A stretch of 40,450 nucleotides of DNA from Tubiluchus corallicola (taxonomy: Eukaryota > Animalia > Priapulida): contig JAQGDQ010001451.1 of the NCBI GenBank assembly GCA_030141605.1, forward strand, positions 1 through 40,450, read 5' to 3'. The notes below the pieces were generated by a model. It saw nothing but the letters and a program-made list of their open reading frames with translations. It had not been told where the DNA came from and did not search any database. Positions 25,626-37,900 of the stretch are shown here, in pieces; position 1 is the first letter of the stretch, and each line of letters starts with the position of its first letter. The position numbers and the translations under genes were made by a program.

Positions 25626-26019
25626 CTGTGATTAATAATTACTAAATTTTGTAAGTAAAAACAGTAACATCACTATTTATTGTAAGGCTTCATTCTTTCA
25701 TTCGGAATGTGTGTCATATATTGATGTGATTAATTGTTTATTCCAAATATATGCATAGTAGTTCATATTCACAATACTATTGCAATTACAACAATAACTG
25801 AGATTCAAGTAAAACACATGTAGACTTCTTCATGTATGACCAAATAATTACGTATTTATGCATAACGAATATCATGCTTACTGTATAGCCTTTTTTGAAT
25901 TAGCCACGCTTAAAAAACGCTGTACAGCCAATTGGTTTGTATTCCAACCTAGTCCTAAGGTGGTTCCTCCTATGACGGTGCTCCAAAACGTTACCCTTGT
26001 AGTAGGATCTGGGTCTAAG
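9640..26019 (-). CDS. SLC5 sodium:solute symporter, SMCT/SMVT/NIS (SLC5A5/6/8/12-like) subfamily; partial spliced gene (10 exons, 5' part not in window), one apparent frameshift
   Basis: Exons in transcript order: 26019-25882, 25336-25211, 23516-23428, 22071-21944, 19477-19407, 19054-18968, 16107-15896, 13580-13462, 10746-10622, 9747-9640. All are GT-AG with compatible phases except the second. Family motifs: [74 protein letters not shown]. Confidence 0.9.
10622..10746 (-). CDS. SLC5 exon (cytoplasmic tail): [42 protein letters not shown]
   Basis: Pyrimidine tract plus ggtag acceptor, CAG/gtagt donor; 125 bp, phase 1 to 0; open frame that continues LT-GG from the previous exon. Confidence 0.75.
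12399..12588. repeat. 38-bp minisatellite, 5 copies (gtgcaacaggtattctcccacccccacagctctacctg)
   Basis: Period 38 from 12399. Confidence 0.95.
12942..13402. mobile_element. Non-autonomous hAT (Charlie-like) MITE, copy 3
   Basis: TIRs caggggtgtgcaaa / tttgcacacccctg; perfect TSD gtctaaag, which fits the Charlie NTCTARAN target preference. Confidence 0.92.
13462..13580 (-). CDS. SLC5 exon: [39 protein letters not shown]
   Basis: tacag acceptor and gtacg donor; 119 bp, phase 2 to 1; last TM helix with the YxISxxWYS motif. Confidence 0.88.
13764..14153. repeat. Inverted repeat / foldback: about 158-bp arms, about 73-bp loop
   Basis: 13764-13921 is the near-perfect reverse complement of 13995-14153. 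Confidence 0.92.
14695..14925. repeat. Degenerate (GAT/GAC/AAC)n low-complexity tract
   Basis: Direct reading. Confidence 0.8.
15896..16107 (-). CDS. SLC5 exon: [70 protein letters not shown]
   Basis: atag acceptor and gtaagt donor; 212 bp, phase 0 to 2; TM helix followed by an extracellular loop with N-glycosylation sequons (NIS, NTT, NGT). Confidence 0.9.
17541..18044 (+). mobile_element. 5S rRNA-headed SINE (SINE3-type)
   Basis: A full-length diverged 5S sequence at 17542-17661 lacks an oligo-T terminator and is followed by about 380 bp of body; 11-bp direct repeat ctagtaccaca at 17530-17540 and 18045-18055. Confidence 0.75.
17542..17661 (+). pseudogene. 5S rRNA-derived sequence (SINE head / 5S pseudogene)
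   Basis: ctacggccat...ttgaaaactccggttctcgtcagatcaccgaagttaagcaacg...ggttagtacttggatgg...gggctt matches metazoan 5S with scattered substitutions; single copy. Confidence 0.85.
18968..19054 (-). CDS. SLC5 exon: [29 protein letters not shown]
   Basis: tttcag acceptor and gtaaga donor; 87 bp, phase 0 to 0; GGPLLGLF motif. Confidence 0.92.
19407..19477 (-). CDS. SLC5 exon: [24 protein letters not shown]
   Basis: ttacag acceptor and gtaagt donor; 71 bp, phase 1 to 0; transmembrane helix. Confidence 0.88.
19760..20187 (-). mobile_element. 3' end of a non-LTR retrotransposon (C-terminal zinc-knuckle region)
   Basis: [29 protein letters not shown], then AATAAA and a (TACA)n tail on the minus strand. 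Confidence 0.8.
20420..21060 (+). mobile_element. Dispersed repeat, copy A (probable old DNA transposon)
   Basis: Colinear similarity to 32875-33470 (attacatgacgtcat, gcttacct, ttggtaaaatgtc, gactgcg.ctaacg, ttactgccgacacaagc, gtaagtggta.aaaatttca); a more diverged piece lies at about 31090-31280. Confidence 0.7.
21045..21893. repeat. 86-bp minisatellite, about 10 copies
   Basis: actcatttgttttcaagacagccaaaggatg recurs at 21061, 21147 and onward. Confidence 0.95.
21944..22071 (-). CDS. SLC5 exon: [42 protein letters not shown]
   Basis: tttcag acceptor and gtaatg donor; 128 bp, phase 2 to 1; SSGxNS motif. Confidence 0.92.
22290..22935 (+). mobile_element. 5'-truncated CR1/L2-group LINE 3' end
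   Basis: [38 protein letters not shown]; 3' UTR ends aataaagatt and runs into (ACT)n. Confidence 0.8.
22931..23357. repeat. (ACT)n compound microsatellite with ACC/GCT/ATT variants
   Basis: Direct reading; begins at a LINE tail. Confidence 0.97.
23428..23516 (-). CDS. SLC5 exon: [30 protein letters not shown]
   Basis: cacag acceptor and gttag donor; 89 bp, phase 0 to 2; PGLF..SA.LS motif. Confidence 0.92.
23790..24304 (+). mobile_element. Internally deleted RTE-clade non-LTR retroelement
   Basis: RTE-type 5' motif ggtcccaagc..ggataaa..ggaagggcatcc..gtaaaa; RT C-terminal remnant [49 protein letters not shown]; (GAA)n tail; TSD tatgttgt(a/c)atgtatt. Confidence 0.88.
25211..25336 (-). CDS. 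SLC5 exon with apparent frameshift: [11 protein letters not shown] / [31 protein letters not shown]
   Basis: ctgtag acceptor and gtaag donor; 126 bp where 3n+1 is needed. The incoming frame hits TGA at 25291-25293, and the DCDP..PDQ motif lies in another frame. Confidence 0.85.
25390..25623. repeat. (GA)n microsatellite
   Basis: Direct reading; forms a (CT)n tract on the SLC5 sense strand about 55 nt upstream of the 25336 acceptor. Confidence 0.97.
25882..26019 (-). CDS. SLC5 exon: [45 protein letters not shown]
   Basis: ctttag acceptor and gtaag donor; 138 bp, phase 2 to 2; contains the SSF-family NQxxVQR motif. Confidence 0.92.
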
Positions 26020-26808
26020 CTAAAGAACATCATATTACTAAGTAGCATCAGAACAATGACATCAAATGCATGAAAAAGCAAACCAAATCCAACGCATTAT
26101 GTAAAAAATTGACCACTAAGTAAATTTTAGGCTCCATTAGTCTGATTAAAATAATTAAACTACGCAAAACTATGTCAAAACACGGCTACAGCTAAACTAT
26201 TTGAATCGGTAGTTCAGTTTAGGATTAGGTAATCTTTTTTTATTTCTTATATTTATTAGACATATTAACAACATTAACAAATACCAACGTAGTTTAAAAA
26301 ATAATGTGCTTCATAAGCAACTGCCGGAATTGTCGACAGCGTTTACAGTGTTGACAGCATAGATAAAATTATAATATAAAAACTGTTTTTGTAAACTTGT
26401 GTATCTTGGTATTAGAAAAGATCCGCCAGTGCTGTAAATACAATATGCATAACGACACTTATTTATTGGAAGGTGCTGCCCTCTACGAGCAGTGCGGAGA
26501 GGAAAGGACAGGAGGAGAACAATGATGGTCGCGTTTTTATTCACAGCAATGTTTTTTGTCGTTATTGTTTTATAGTTAACAACAGTGTTTAGTTATTACC
26601 AAATTTGTACCTTGAGAAATTTTAAATCTTGACGAAGAGCCAGCGATGTAAGTTACATTAACTTAAATAATTTTATTAAGGTTATGAATTCGATCTCTGA
26701 AATTTGAGAAAGTACTTTTATCAATAAGTTGACTTCTTCGTAATTACTTCTGTTTATCATTTTATTTATTTTCTTACTTGTTAATGTTCTCTTTATTATT
26801 CTCTTTAG

Positions 26809-26906
26809 CCGGGCCGGCCTTAAACATAGGCAGACTAGGCAACCGCCTAGGGCCTCTCGTCGAGGTAACATTTTTTTTGCTTTATGCGAACATACTGCCT
26901 CCCCCT

Positions 26907-26964
<58 letters not shown>

Positions 26965-27066
26965 GTAAATTGCGTAATTTTATTTTTTTCGTATTTATTT
27001 TTTATTTTTCTATTTCACTTGGGGCCACCAAATTCACCTCGCCTCCAATTTCCTAAGGCCGCCCTG
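26809..27066. mobile_element. hAT-type MITE with internal (CT)n
   Basis: TIRs ccgggccggcctta / taaggccgccctg; perfect 8-bp TSD ctctttag at 26801-26808 and 27067-27074. Confidence 0.85.
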
Positions 27067-29177
27067 CTCTTTAGAATAAACGACTTTGGAACATGAACGA
27101 AATAGCGAAGGCTTTCTGTACATAACAATAACAACTGCAACTTATTAAATCATGTTTGCAGATATAGATCGAGTTACTTTCATCAATAGTAGTTATTCTC
27201 AAGTACAGATGTAAATTGCAGGCTACCACAAGGATCTACTCAGCGCCCTTCATTCTTCTTAATATATATCAATAACAGATACAGTTGTTTTAATTTAGGT
27301 TTATTGATTTCACAAATCATTTTTGGAAATACTAATGCAACTAAAAACAATGCCCAGCTAACAATAATTAATTCTTGGATGCACACACTCAGGATCACAG
27401 TCAGATGTAATAAGCAAAACACTTGCTCAGCTCACGCTGCCTTTTAGCCACAGCCATAATGCATATTTTCATGAGTTTAAGACTTCGTAAATGCGGAACA
27501 AGTGATTCTAATGGTGCTTAATCAACACTTTTTCAAAATACTGTTAGTAAAAAAACAAAAAACAAAAACCGATTAAAAGCAGCCGCTCAGTGCATGAACT
27601 TAAAAGTTTGAAATTCGTTTGCAATTGGAACATTGAGCTGTTTTTAGGCATACAAATATTTCAGGCTGTATTTAAAAATTTAAAGATGATAAGAATATTA
27701 GATTCAAAGTTTTATAATGGATACTGCATGAAAGAAATCATAGCTCAGTTTAATGAACATAAATAATTGTGCAAGTTGAAATCAGCAACTGTAATCACCA
27801 AAATACCCGACAAAATGCAACATATGATGCAGGTAAAAAATTTCAACCTTTTGCAAAACGTGAGTGATTATTGCTTGAGAAAAAGTCAAAACAAAGAAAG
27901 CATCCATATGGAAGCAACCCGTGGTTAAACAGGTACTATGCTGTTACTAAAACAAGACTAAGCGCATTAATTATCTGAGCAGACCTACAAAAATGGACCT
28001 ACATCAAAGTCTTACTATCTTACATAAATAATGCACCTTCTTTTCAGTGAGTCAATCAGTCGAAAAGGCCATATCATGAGCTAAAAGCGATAAATTTCGT
28101 TGTGCATTATCTTAATTTAAACAAAACTTAGCAGCTCAAATGTAAATAACTCTTGAAATCACCTTCAAATTTTGAATATGGGAATAGTAGATCAAAGTCA
28201 CCAAAAGTGCAGCGGACTGTCTCCGCATTCTTAACTGGCGTAAAATTTAAGTCAAATTTACGTCGAATTTCTGCTACTTTTGACAAAATTTTCTCTCAGC
28301 CTTCATCAGAAATTTTTGGAAATTTAACCTCCTTTTCACTATTATCATGTTTTTCTTAATCATAACTCTGGTCTGGTTACAAATACTTCATTACAGATTT
28401 TTTTTTCTTTTATCGTCTCTCACGAGCTTTTTTACCTTTCGTTTCCTGCATTCCGCTCTTAAAGATTTCGATTGCTATGAGTTTAATTATCTGCCAGGAT
28501 TCGATAAAATGTTGTTGTAAGAAACTTTTTATTAACGGTAATATGATTACTATAAACACCTCCTTGCGGGTTAAAGCAAGGTAACAGTGTCTCAGTGAAA
28601 TGACGTAATGCTAGGAAATCAGAAAAAAGCGAAAGTACAAAAGTTGCGGGAATTCATCTTTCTAGCGTAGATGAATCACGCATTTTAATAAGAAAATAAC
28701 AAAAGTTGTTCGTTTCCTTTAATTACAGCTTTGTGCACTTGAGTAATTGCACATACATTATGTTTTTAAAGTACTTACAGTAAAGTTATAAATTAAAGAA
28801 TTACTTCCAGAATTTGGCGCCCTATGCAACTCCCTGTTTGCCTAGTTGTGGAGCCACCTTGACCAGCTATTTTACAATGCAATTTTACATTCTATTCAAG
28901 TACAGTAGGCGCCGTTTTTATTAAACTCACGGTTGATAGTATCAGATTCAAAAAACACTTAGTAGGGGCCGTCAGCAGCTACTGTAGTCTTTTACTACGC
29001 AGTTGGCCTACTGTAGCTAGTGAAGTACGTGGAATTGGAGGCGATTTTTTGAAGACATTTAGTCACTGCTCTTGTGCTGCGATAATCTACTGTGTCCATA
29101 ACCATTACGTGAACTATCTGCCTATCTGGAAGTGACTTTCTTTCTCGCAACAAAGTGCTTAGTTAGAACTCTTCATT

Positions 29178-29192
29178 ATGCAACTGATAACG
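29178..29192 (+). CDS. Pentraxin exon 1 (coding part): MQLIT
   Basis: ATG..ACG/gtgaga donor, phase 0; joined to the next exon it gives the signal peptide MQLITILCVVYICLFNLASS. Confidence 0.5.
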
Positions 29193-31885
29193 GTGAGAGA
29201 TACTCAATCTTTTTACTTTTGTGATGTCTGAATTTCACCTTCCTGTGAAATTTAATTTCATTTTTATTTTTACCGTAAAATCATAAGATTAATAACAGTT
29301 TGAACTTGACTTGTTTCATTTAATGCTAATGCATCATATAGGTACAGCACTTACGTGTTTGTAGTTAATATCGTTTGCGTTATAAATGATAATATGCTAT
29401 TACGTACAGTTCAGCTTTTGTCTAAACTTATATACATAATGTACCGAATACATACAAGCTGACAACCCAGGCGGTACAGTAGACTAGTTAATAGGACAAA
29501 AATAAGGCCAGTAGAGCTTGTCTGTCTAGTCCCAGTGGTTCGTAACCTTTTTACTAGCCAAGTACCATTTCGAAATTCAGCGATGTACCGCGTACCCCTT
29601 AACATTTTTAGCAATATGAACTTCAAAAAACATTTTTACTACTTTTGCGTAGTTTGATTGGCCGTTAATTTAATTTTGAAACAAATAAATTAGGAAAAAG
29701 TCGTTATTTTTAATTTATACATGTATTTATTTGTAATATTCTCTTTACTGGTACTCCTTGTTAAAAAGCCCTTATTTACAATTTACACTATTTTTGGCAA
29801 TTTTCGCTTAGAAAACTGCTGACGCAAAGCCGTTGTTGTGACGTCATCCATTAAACTCTGTCTATAACCTTATAGCTTTAGTTCAGTAAAAGCTGCTACT
29901 GGCTTTGCGTTATAAATGAGAGGACTAGGTAGGATGTTCGCGTATTTTTGATTATATGTGTATTTATACGCAAAATTTGCGTATTTCGCAAAGGGCCTTG
30001 CTAGTTTATAGTATTCTCTCTACTTGTACTCAAAATCTCTTAGTTTTAATTAACACATTTCCAAATTCAAGAGCAAAGTGCAAGACAGAAGGCGATCTTG
30101 TACTAAACGTCTACTTTACGTTATAAATTAACCCCGTTATAACGGCAGGCACGCTATTGTGTTGCAAAAACAAATGGCCTTTGTAAAATACAAACAACCA
30201 CGTTGTTTAAGGATTTAAATACGTTAGCGCACTCTTTCCTCACACCACGAGGCTGTTACTCATTTAAAATTTGTAAAACGTGTTACACGTCACAACTTTC
30301 GCTTACCCCTGGCTTAGCTGTTTCGTACCTCTAAGGGTATTCATACCCCAGGTTAGGAACCATTGCCACTGGTCTAGTCGCTCTTGCATGCTCTCATCTA
30401 AATACACTATATTTAAATACATTATCAACATCAGCAAACCATTCCAGAATAACAGATTTACCTTTTTTCCAAATCCTATCGTTAATTTCAGAACAAGCAA
30501 TCTAAAACAAATTGGGACAAACACCCACTATGGAACGAACTCTGTAATCAAACAAGCAATTCTACTTAGGAATTCTCTACCATTACAGGTTAAACAAATC
30601 AAGCTCCTATCAGCATTTAAAACAAAATTAAAATCACTAATATTAACCAGATATGAAATACCATCACACCAGTTCGACAACATACACACTAATTCAGCAT
30701 TCATATATTCACGGCCATATTAATTAAATCTTAGTTTTTTCATTTTTTGTGCATAATTGTAAATATATTTGATTTTATTCGTCGTTACTTTCCATTACTG
30801 CACAGTAGTTTAGATTGCACTGACGCATTTGTCTTTAGCAGTGTAAGTTTTTATTAACTAACACTGATTGATCATCTCTCTAAAGTTTTTATCAGTGATT
30901 ATCAATGTATTTTAATGGCAAATAAAGATTATTATATATATATGTATATATTATATATATATATATCTCAAGACATTTCTAAAAGGGCTTTATCTCTTTT
31001 CAGATCTTGTGTGTGGTTTACATCTGCTTATTCAACTTAGCATGTAGGTTGACATTATCTTTTTTATTAATCACTAACCTACTCATTCCTTAAAGAAAAG
31101 GAAATTTTAATGTATGTAATAAAAACTTTCCATACAAAGTTATATTGCTTACCTTTTGAAAGACTTCGTAATTATCATGTATTTAGAAAAGAAAATTCTT
31201 AATAATTTAAAGTAATGGTGCCTCCTGGTAACACAGCGCTGAATTACATTCCATTGTGCATCACTCGCTCATCAAAAAAAACAAAAACACATTGATTCTA
31301 CTGCCAATATTATAAAGTAATTTAAACTTTTTGCTTAAGAGCGTTTTCTTCTGCCTTTAAATAATCCAACTTGGTTCAATTGGGTATATCTTTTTTCTAC
31401 CTTATAAATGGTCGCATAAATAGCTCGCATCGCAGCCTCTGTTGCTTCCATACTAATTGCGAAAGCTTTTCTTTAAGTACGCAGTGTTTGTATTATGCCA
31501 GCCTGTTTGATTTTCTCACGTGTTTTTTCAAGGTCATGGAAGGAGAGCTAATAATAGGTATGGTTCCGAATACCGAAGCAGGAATCGAAACAAACATTTG
31601 CGAAGGATGCTTAACCGTTACGGTTATTACCTCCAGGAAGTCGAAGAAGAGAGGGCCAGCATTTCAGACATGCAGAACGTACTCACTAATGGTTTGTGGC
31701 TTACGTATTTCAGTCTCTATTTTAAAGCCGTTTGACAGGATATCTGCTATGCTTGAAAGCCTGCCTTGGTGTTCGTCTGAAATGAACGTGATATCACTGC
31801 AATTATGGTCTATGTTATAGTAGTAGTAGTAGTAGTAGTAGTGGTAGTGGTAGTGGTAGTGGTAGTGGTAGTGGTAGTGGTAGTG

Positions 31886-31921
<36 letters not shown>

Positions 31922-34900
31922 ATAATAGTAGCAGTAGTATTCATATTCATATTCATTCAACATACATCATTAGGTTTATACGATATAATACTATTATAGC
32001 GAGATTATCATGGGAATAAGCTTAGTGTATCTGCAATTAGTTTTGCTCATGTTTCTAGCTGTAAATTGAACAGATCGTCTGCGATATTAAGCCATTTTGT
32101 CGTAACTCCTGTTACTCTGTTACTCTACCTGTTACTCTACATCTTGTTACTACATGTTGCCCACCTTGTACGTCGCAAATATTACACAGTTTTCTATGGT
32201 GCGATACCGTGGGTCTTACCCATCTCCCTGTTTCAAATTTCGAGTGACGTGCAGATATAACATAACCGGCTGAATTTAATACATAGCAAATCAGTCATAT
32301 TAGTAGTATGTCCCTGGTGCTGTGGATTGAGAGACACATAAGTTGCAAAGGATAAACTCTTCCTTTTGCAAACTAAACTTTTTGTTAAACTCTTCCTTTT
32401 AATCGCCAACACGTAAATTCATTGCGATATAATTAAAGTACCTTTTGTCCGCCTTTTGCAAAACGTATGCTTCTTATTTCCAGAGAACGGGAACGGGTCG
32501 GGGGCAGTGCTGGTAATAGTTAGGATTGCCCATTCAACGGTGGGTGTAGTAGACATATTTAGAACACCCGGGAGATCCATGTCATCCCGTAAAGGGATTA
32601 GAAAAACATTGGCAATTCCTCTGGGAACGTCTGTCATTAATCTGTAATCATCAATATTACATGATGGTTATTCTGATTATATCACTTCACTAAGTAACTG
32701 GTTAACTAAGTAAAGTGTCTTTTTCAGCTTCGTTAATCACGTGCCCTGGATTCATGGGCGTCTTCCCAAGTCACACTGATACGGCCCACATCAGACTAGC
32801 AGAACCGGAAGACGACATCGATGAGCTTACATCCTGCCTGGTACCACATTTTCATTTTTTCTAAGATTTCCTCTTAAAAATCGCCTAAAAAATTACATGA
32901 CTTCTAGCAATTTAAACTTATATCATACTCGCGTTGAAAGGATTTTTTGTTTGTTTTCTTCCCCCTCGATACTCTTCCGACCGTGCCAATTACATGACGT
33001 CATAGCGAGGGGAAGAAAAGGAAATTCTAAACTACATTCCAAAAACTTGCAAAGTTATATTAGTTAGCATTTGCTTACCTACTTGAAAGGCTTACGTAAC
33101 CAGAAAAGAAAGTTATTAATTCTTCAAAATGTTTTCAACGTATTGGTAAAATGTCATTACTCCTCTCCATGGTACACCACTCGTTAACCAAAAAACGTTT
33201 TTTTAATTTTATCAACAAGATACAGTATTTTAAAATTTTACGAATGCTCAGATTATTTCTTCAAACTTTACTGAGTGTAATCTAAACTTGTTTCAAATAA
33301 ATGACTGCGTCTAACGGTTATCGTGGGAGTTTAAATTTACATTTTATACAGTGTTACTGCCGACACAAGCTCTGTATGCAAAAAACGGTAAGTAAGTGGT
33401 ACAAAATTTCAAGACGATTTTTTAAGCTTTATTAAGTGGAGTGTTTTTGTGCTTTAAATTGTACATATCGACAAAAAACCACGTGTTTTGGCATGGAGAA
33501 GAGCACTTTAACAGTGGTTTTTTGTACTCTAGAAGAACATAATTTGACAGAAACAAATAAATGTTTACAATGTTTTATAGACCTTCAGTTACTACTTGAA
33601 AGATAATTTAATCTACTTTTCTTTTCAGATAATATTCGAAAAAAAAATTTATTTGTATTTTTTCTGCACTTCATCGTGTTTCCTTTGCAGTTAATGTTTG
33701 AAAAAAAAACGGCTTTGTATTTTTTCTCCGTTTTATGGCATTTTAAGCGCATCTAAGACTACCTTTAATTCATGTTTTGCAAACATCGATTTTTGTTTTA
33801 ATCGAACTTGTTCAAAGCGCATTTGTTGCTACTTAAGAATTTTGTTTTAAGATTTATTATCTCATTATCATTTATACTTATAAAATCCCAATATTAATTT
33901 TTAGTAACTACTGATATACACGCCAGAAGATTTTAACACAAAGATTAAAATGAACAAATGCCAATTAACTCTATTACAAAATTACAAACCCTGGGTTGTA
34001 GGTGGGCTGGTTACCCCGTAACATTCACAATTTCTATTTAAAAAGGACCTGCTTTTTACCTATTGTTTCGCAGTAACTCAGTTACCCAAGAGTAAGGTAT
34101 TATTTTCTTTTTCGCTCCCTTACGAAACAATTACCTCGTGGGAATCCCACGTACATTACAGCATCCGGACAGTATCATTCGAAAGAGCACAAGCTGCAAG
34201 AGGTGACCGTTTCACGTAAGAATAATTCTGTATTTCAGCCTGTGGAACTTGATAAAAAGTTGCAGCCACCCGGCCAACCAAACAAGGACCAATGACGCCA
34301 CATAATCTGGCTGTGGAACAAAATACTGCAAGAAAGATTCAATCGTCTCAGTACGCCCTTCAAATTGCCTGACTTTGACCCGCTTCATCCTTGAGAATAC
34401 AGCAGCCCAAGAGTCAGAAACACAAGCAGAAACTACCGGCGGGACAGCAGATGCATAACGAGCGGCTTCACACTTAAAAATCTCCATCTGCACTCTGGCT
34501 TGAATCAGCTGCGACATTACTTCTTGCCTGTTATCCTCAGGCAAGACAGAGACATTAGCCCAAATAGGAAGACCAACTGAATAGATGAAACTGATTCACC
34601 ACCACATTGTCACCATCAACACCCTATTTTTCATATCGACCTTGTGCTACAAAATAACTCTGACCCAGCATCAATTTCCGTCGCATAGAAGCCTCAGGTT
34701 TGCTCTATACATTTGACAAACCAACTCCACCCTCATGAACACCACTCATTGCTGCCTCGAGCTGAGACTTTACATTACCTCCCACTTCCACAGAAAAATC
34801 CACTTTTCCCAACCGACGAATAGGTGTTTACTGACCTTGATAAGCCAATACCTGGTATACCAACTCTGCTTTTCTCCCTTGTACAGGACGCTTCTCACCA

Positions 34901-37900
34901 TACTCCACTAATAAATCTTGCAATTGAGCCTTCTGAAATTCTTCAACTCATCCAACGTTAACATACGAACAGACATTGTGAAAACACCTTAAGTACGCAG
35001 CACAGTGATAAAATCTGCTAAACCTGCTCCAGAGGCAGAATCAATCGTTATTTCTCTAATGATAACGAAAGATTACTATTGTTTATTTTTCAGTGGGTGA
35101 GACCAAATTTTGGTACAACAGTCAGCGTGCCACTAATCTCTTACGCTAATACTGTAAGCCAAAACGCCTTTGTAATTAACATTTGGGGCAATGACATGAG
35201 AATCTTTCTTAACGGCGCGGAAGGGTATGAAAATTACTTTAGCTACGACTCCTTGTGCACGTAATGTGTAATGGGTGATCTGTAATCGCGTGACGCGTAT
35301 TGACTGTTTACATGTGTCTGAAAACGCTACGCGTAATAGCAAACTAAAACTCTTTCCGTCATTCTGGTCCGCTATTCGTGAAAATTGCAAGCAATAATTT
35401 TTGGAAACCATGTACCTGTCGAAATTTAACCGCGGTAATTACAGCTGTGGCATTAGCTTATTATTTTACTATTAGACGAAAAAATTCAAAAGAAAGCACA
35501 GGTTTTGGGTGCACAACATTTTGTAGGTGAGAAAGCAATACGGCTTGTAAGATCATTTAGTGAAAAAGCTGCAGTTAGATGTACAAAACTCAACTACATG
35601 CTTCCTCCACCTCTCAAAAACTCAAATATTATTGTTTATAGATCCCAAGGTCACCGGAAACTTGAAAACTTGCTATAATCACCTAGGCAACTGCGGTTTC
35701 CTGTCTGCGTGTTGCTGCGTGATGCGTATCTGGATGATTGTGGTCACGTTCGAATAAATACGGATCACGAGTTACGCGCTCATGGAGTAGTATATTTCTT
35801 CATTAAAAATGTTTTTCTTGTTTAAAAATTCGACCTGAACAAATGATCATGTGTGACATCACCAACTCTTCTATCAGAAAAATGAAACGTACCACATAAC
35901 TGCCAGTCTGGTCAACTTTCTACCCATTATCTGGTCAACTTGGACATCTGGATAGTGAAGGACAACATATCATTGATTTTTTTTGCTAATGCTTTGTGTG
36001 TGTTTTGATTATAGCGACATGCATCGTGTTGCGTCAACAGACCCTGGTGACCTGCGTGATGGTGAATGGCATCATTTATGTGTTACTTTTAATGGATCTA
36101 CTGGAAACTATATTATATATATAGATGGAGTTGATCGGGGCAAGTACTTATAACTGGATTTCACTATTACTGAGCTATAATAGCATTTATTACTATAACC
36201 TGTCAATACTGAATTTATGCAGGCAGCAAGTTTTACTGTGGATGTAGTCATCCCTCATATTTAGACTTAAGTTAATTTAACTTGGCCTGAGTTAAGTTAA
36301 ATCTATATCTTTAGGTAGAATAATCACAGGCCGTATGACAGATAAGAGCCTTTTTGTTAGTGGTCACCTATCCATTTACTTAACAGGCATTGCAGACATC
36401 ATAGATCGACTTGTATATACAAGCACAGTAGCGGTTTAACTTGAGCTATTTTTCATTTGTATTTAACTAATATCATCCATATATAATGAATAACTGTGCT
36501 TATTATATGGAATATAAATGGTTTCAAATATTGCTGGAAATGGATAGAAACTGTGACAATTACTTGACATTAACCGACGACAATCATTAGCATTTGCTTG
36601 TAGCACTACATTTAGCCAAACAAACATTTTACCCTTCTATTGTGCAGATATGAGCGAAATGAAAACATTTTCCGTCAAGAAACTACCCCTCACAACTTCT
36701 ACTAGCAAAACTGACGAATTTACATACTAGTAAAACTGAGGAATTTACAAAAGGTTCCAGATGCGACAGTTTTAGGTAGAGTGACGGCTGAACGATTAGA
36801 GCACGAAAGAACGGGGACATGAATGCAGGATATACCTGCTTCACTCCTACTGAAGGATACAGAATGATAGACCATAAAGAACGATTTGCATGACTATACA
36901 CTGGAATTGAATATACATATTCGAACTATACTATTTATATTTATATATCCATATACAATTATATAATTTACAACAACTAACCCCCACAGAACTTAACCTT
37001 TCAAAAATCAGCTTATTTTAAAATGTGTTTATTTAAAGTCGATTTACAACAGGCCCGCAGACTACATCAGTTACAAGTATCTGAATGTTAAAGTCAGTTT
37101 GAGAACGACTAAAAAGAAACAACCTAGCAGATTTCAATAAGTTGTGGTAAGGAAAAAACACAGAATGTAGTGAAAACTTGTTTCATATGCTGTAAAGTGC
37201 ATATAATCATTTATATCATTATAACAGCATCAGACAGCTTTGGCAGTGGAAATATACAGGGAGGCGGACTCTTCTTATTCGGCCAGGATCAGGATACTAT
37301 TGGAGGAGGATTCGATGCTTCAGAAAGCTATGTTGGCTTGGTTTCTGATATCACCATAAGATCTGAAGTTGCAACTCCAGAAGAAATAGGTATGCAGAGG
37401 ACAACTTGAGGCACTTTGTAAACGAACCTTTTTTAAATTCTAGTTAGAAATTTGTGAATTGAAAAGAATCCAAAAGAACTTATGTTTTTGCATATTGTTG
37501 TCAAATGGAAGTCAGTTGTCTATGTGATAGTGTGTAAGATTGGGGACATGTAGGATTGTAGCAGTAACACAAAGCAGTAGATTATGCACGCTTCTTAAAA
37601 ATACAATCACAAGAATTAAAAAAAGTTGCTGGGACACCACCAAATTATACACAAGGGTTGTTGTCTCACTTGATAGGACTTCGTAACTATAAATTTGTTT
37701 GGTCTTTACACTGCATTTGACTGGCAGATGAACTCGCACAACTGCTAACAACTTTCAGCTTGGTGTAAGTTAATTATTTGCGAAAAATGCTTCTAATAAA
37801 ATCCTTTTAAGCATTATATGTAGTTAAAGTAGGACTGTAAAAGGCGATCAAATCTGCCAGTCAAATGACTTTTAGCCAGTGACATTTTAACCACTTATGG

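Noticed and set aside
25342-25635. ER-repeat ORFs
   Set aside because: Translations of the (GA)n microsatellite.
35247-35790. MITE suggested by the imperfect inverted ends actccttgtgcacgtaa / ttacgcgctcatggagt
   Set aside because: The match is too degenerate and there is no clear TSD.
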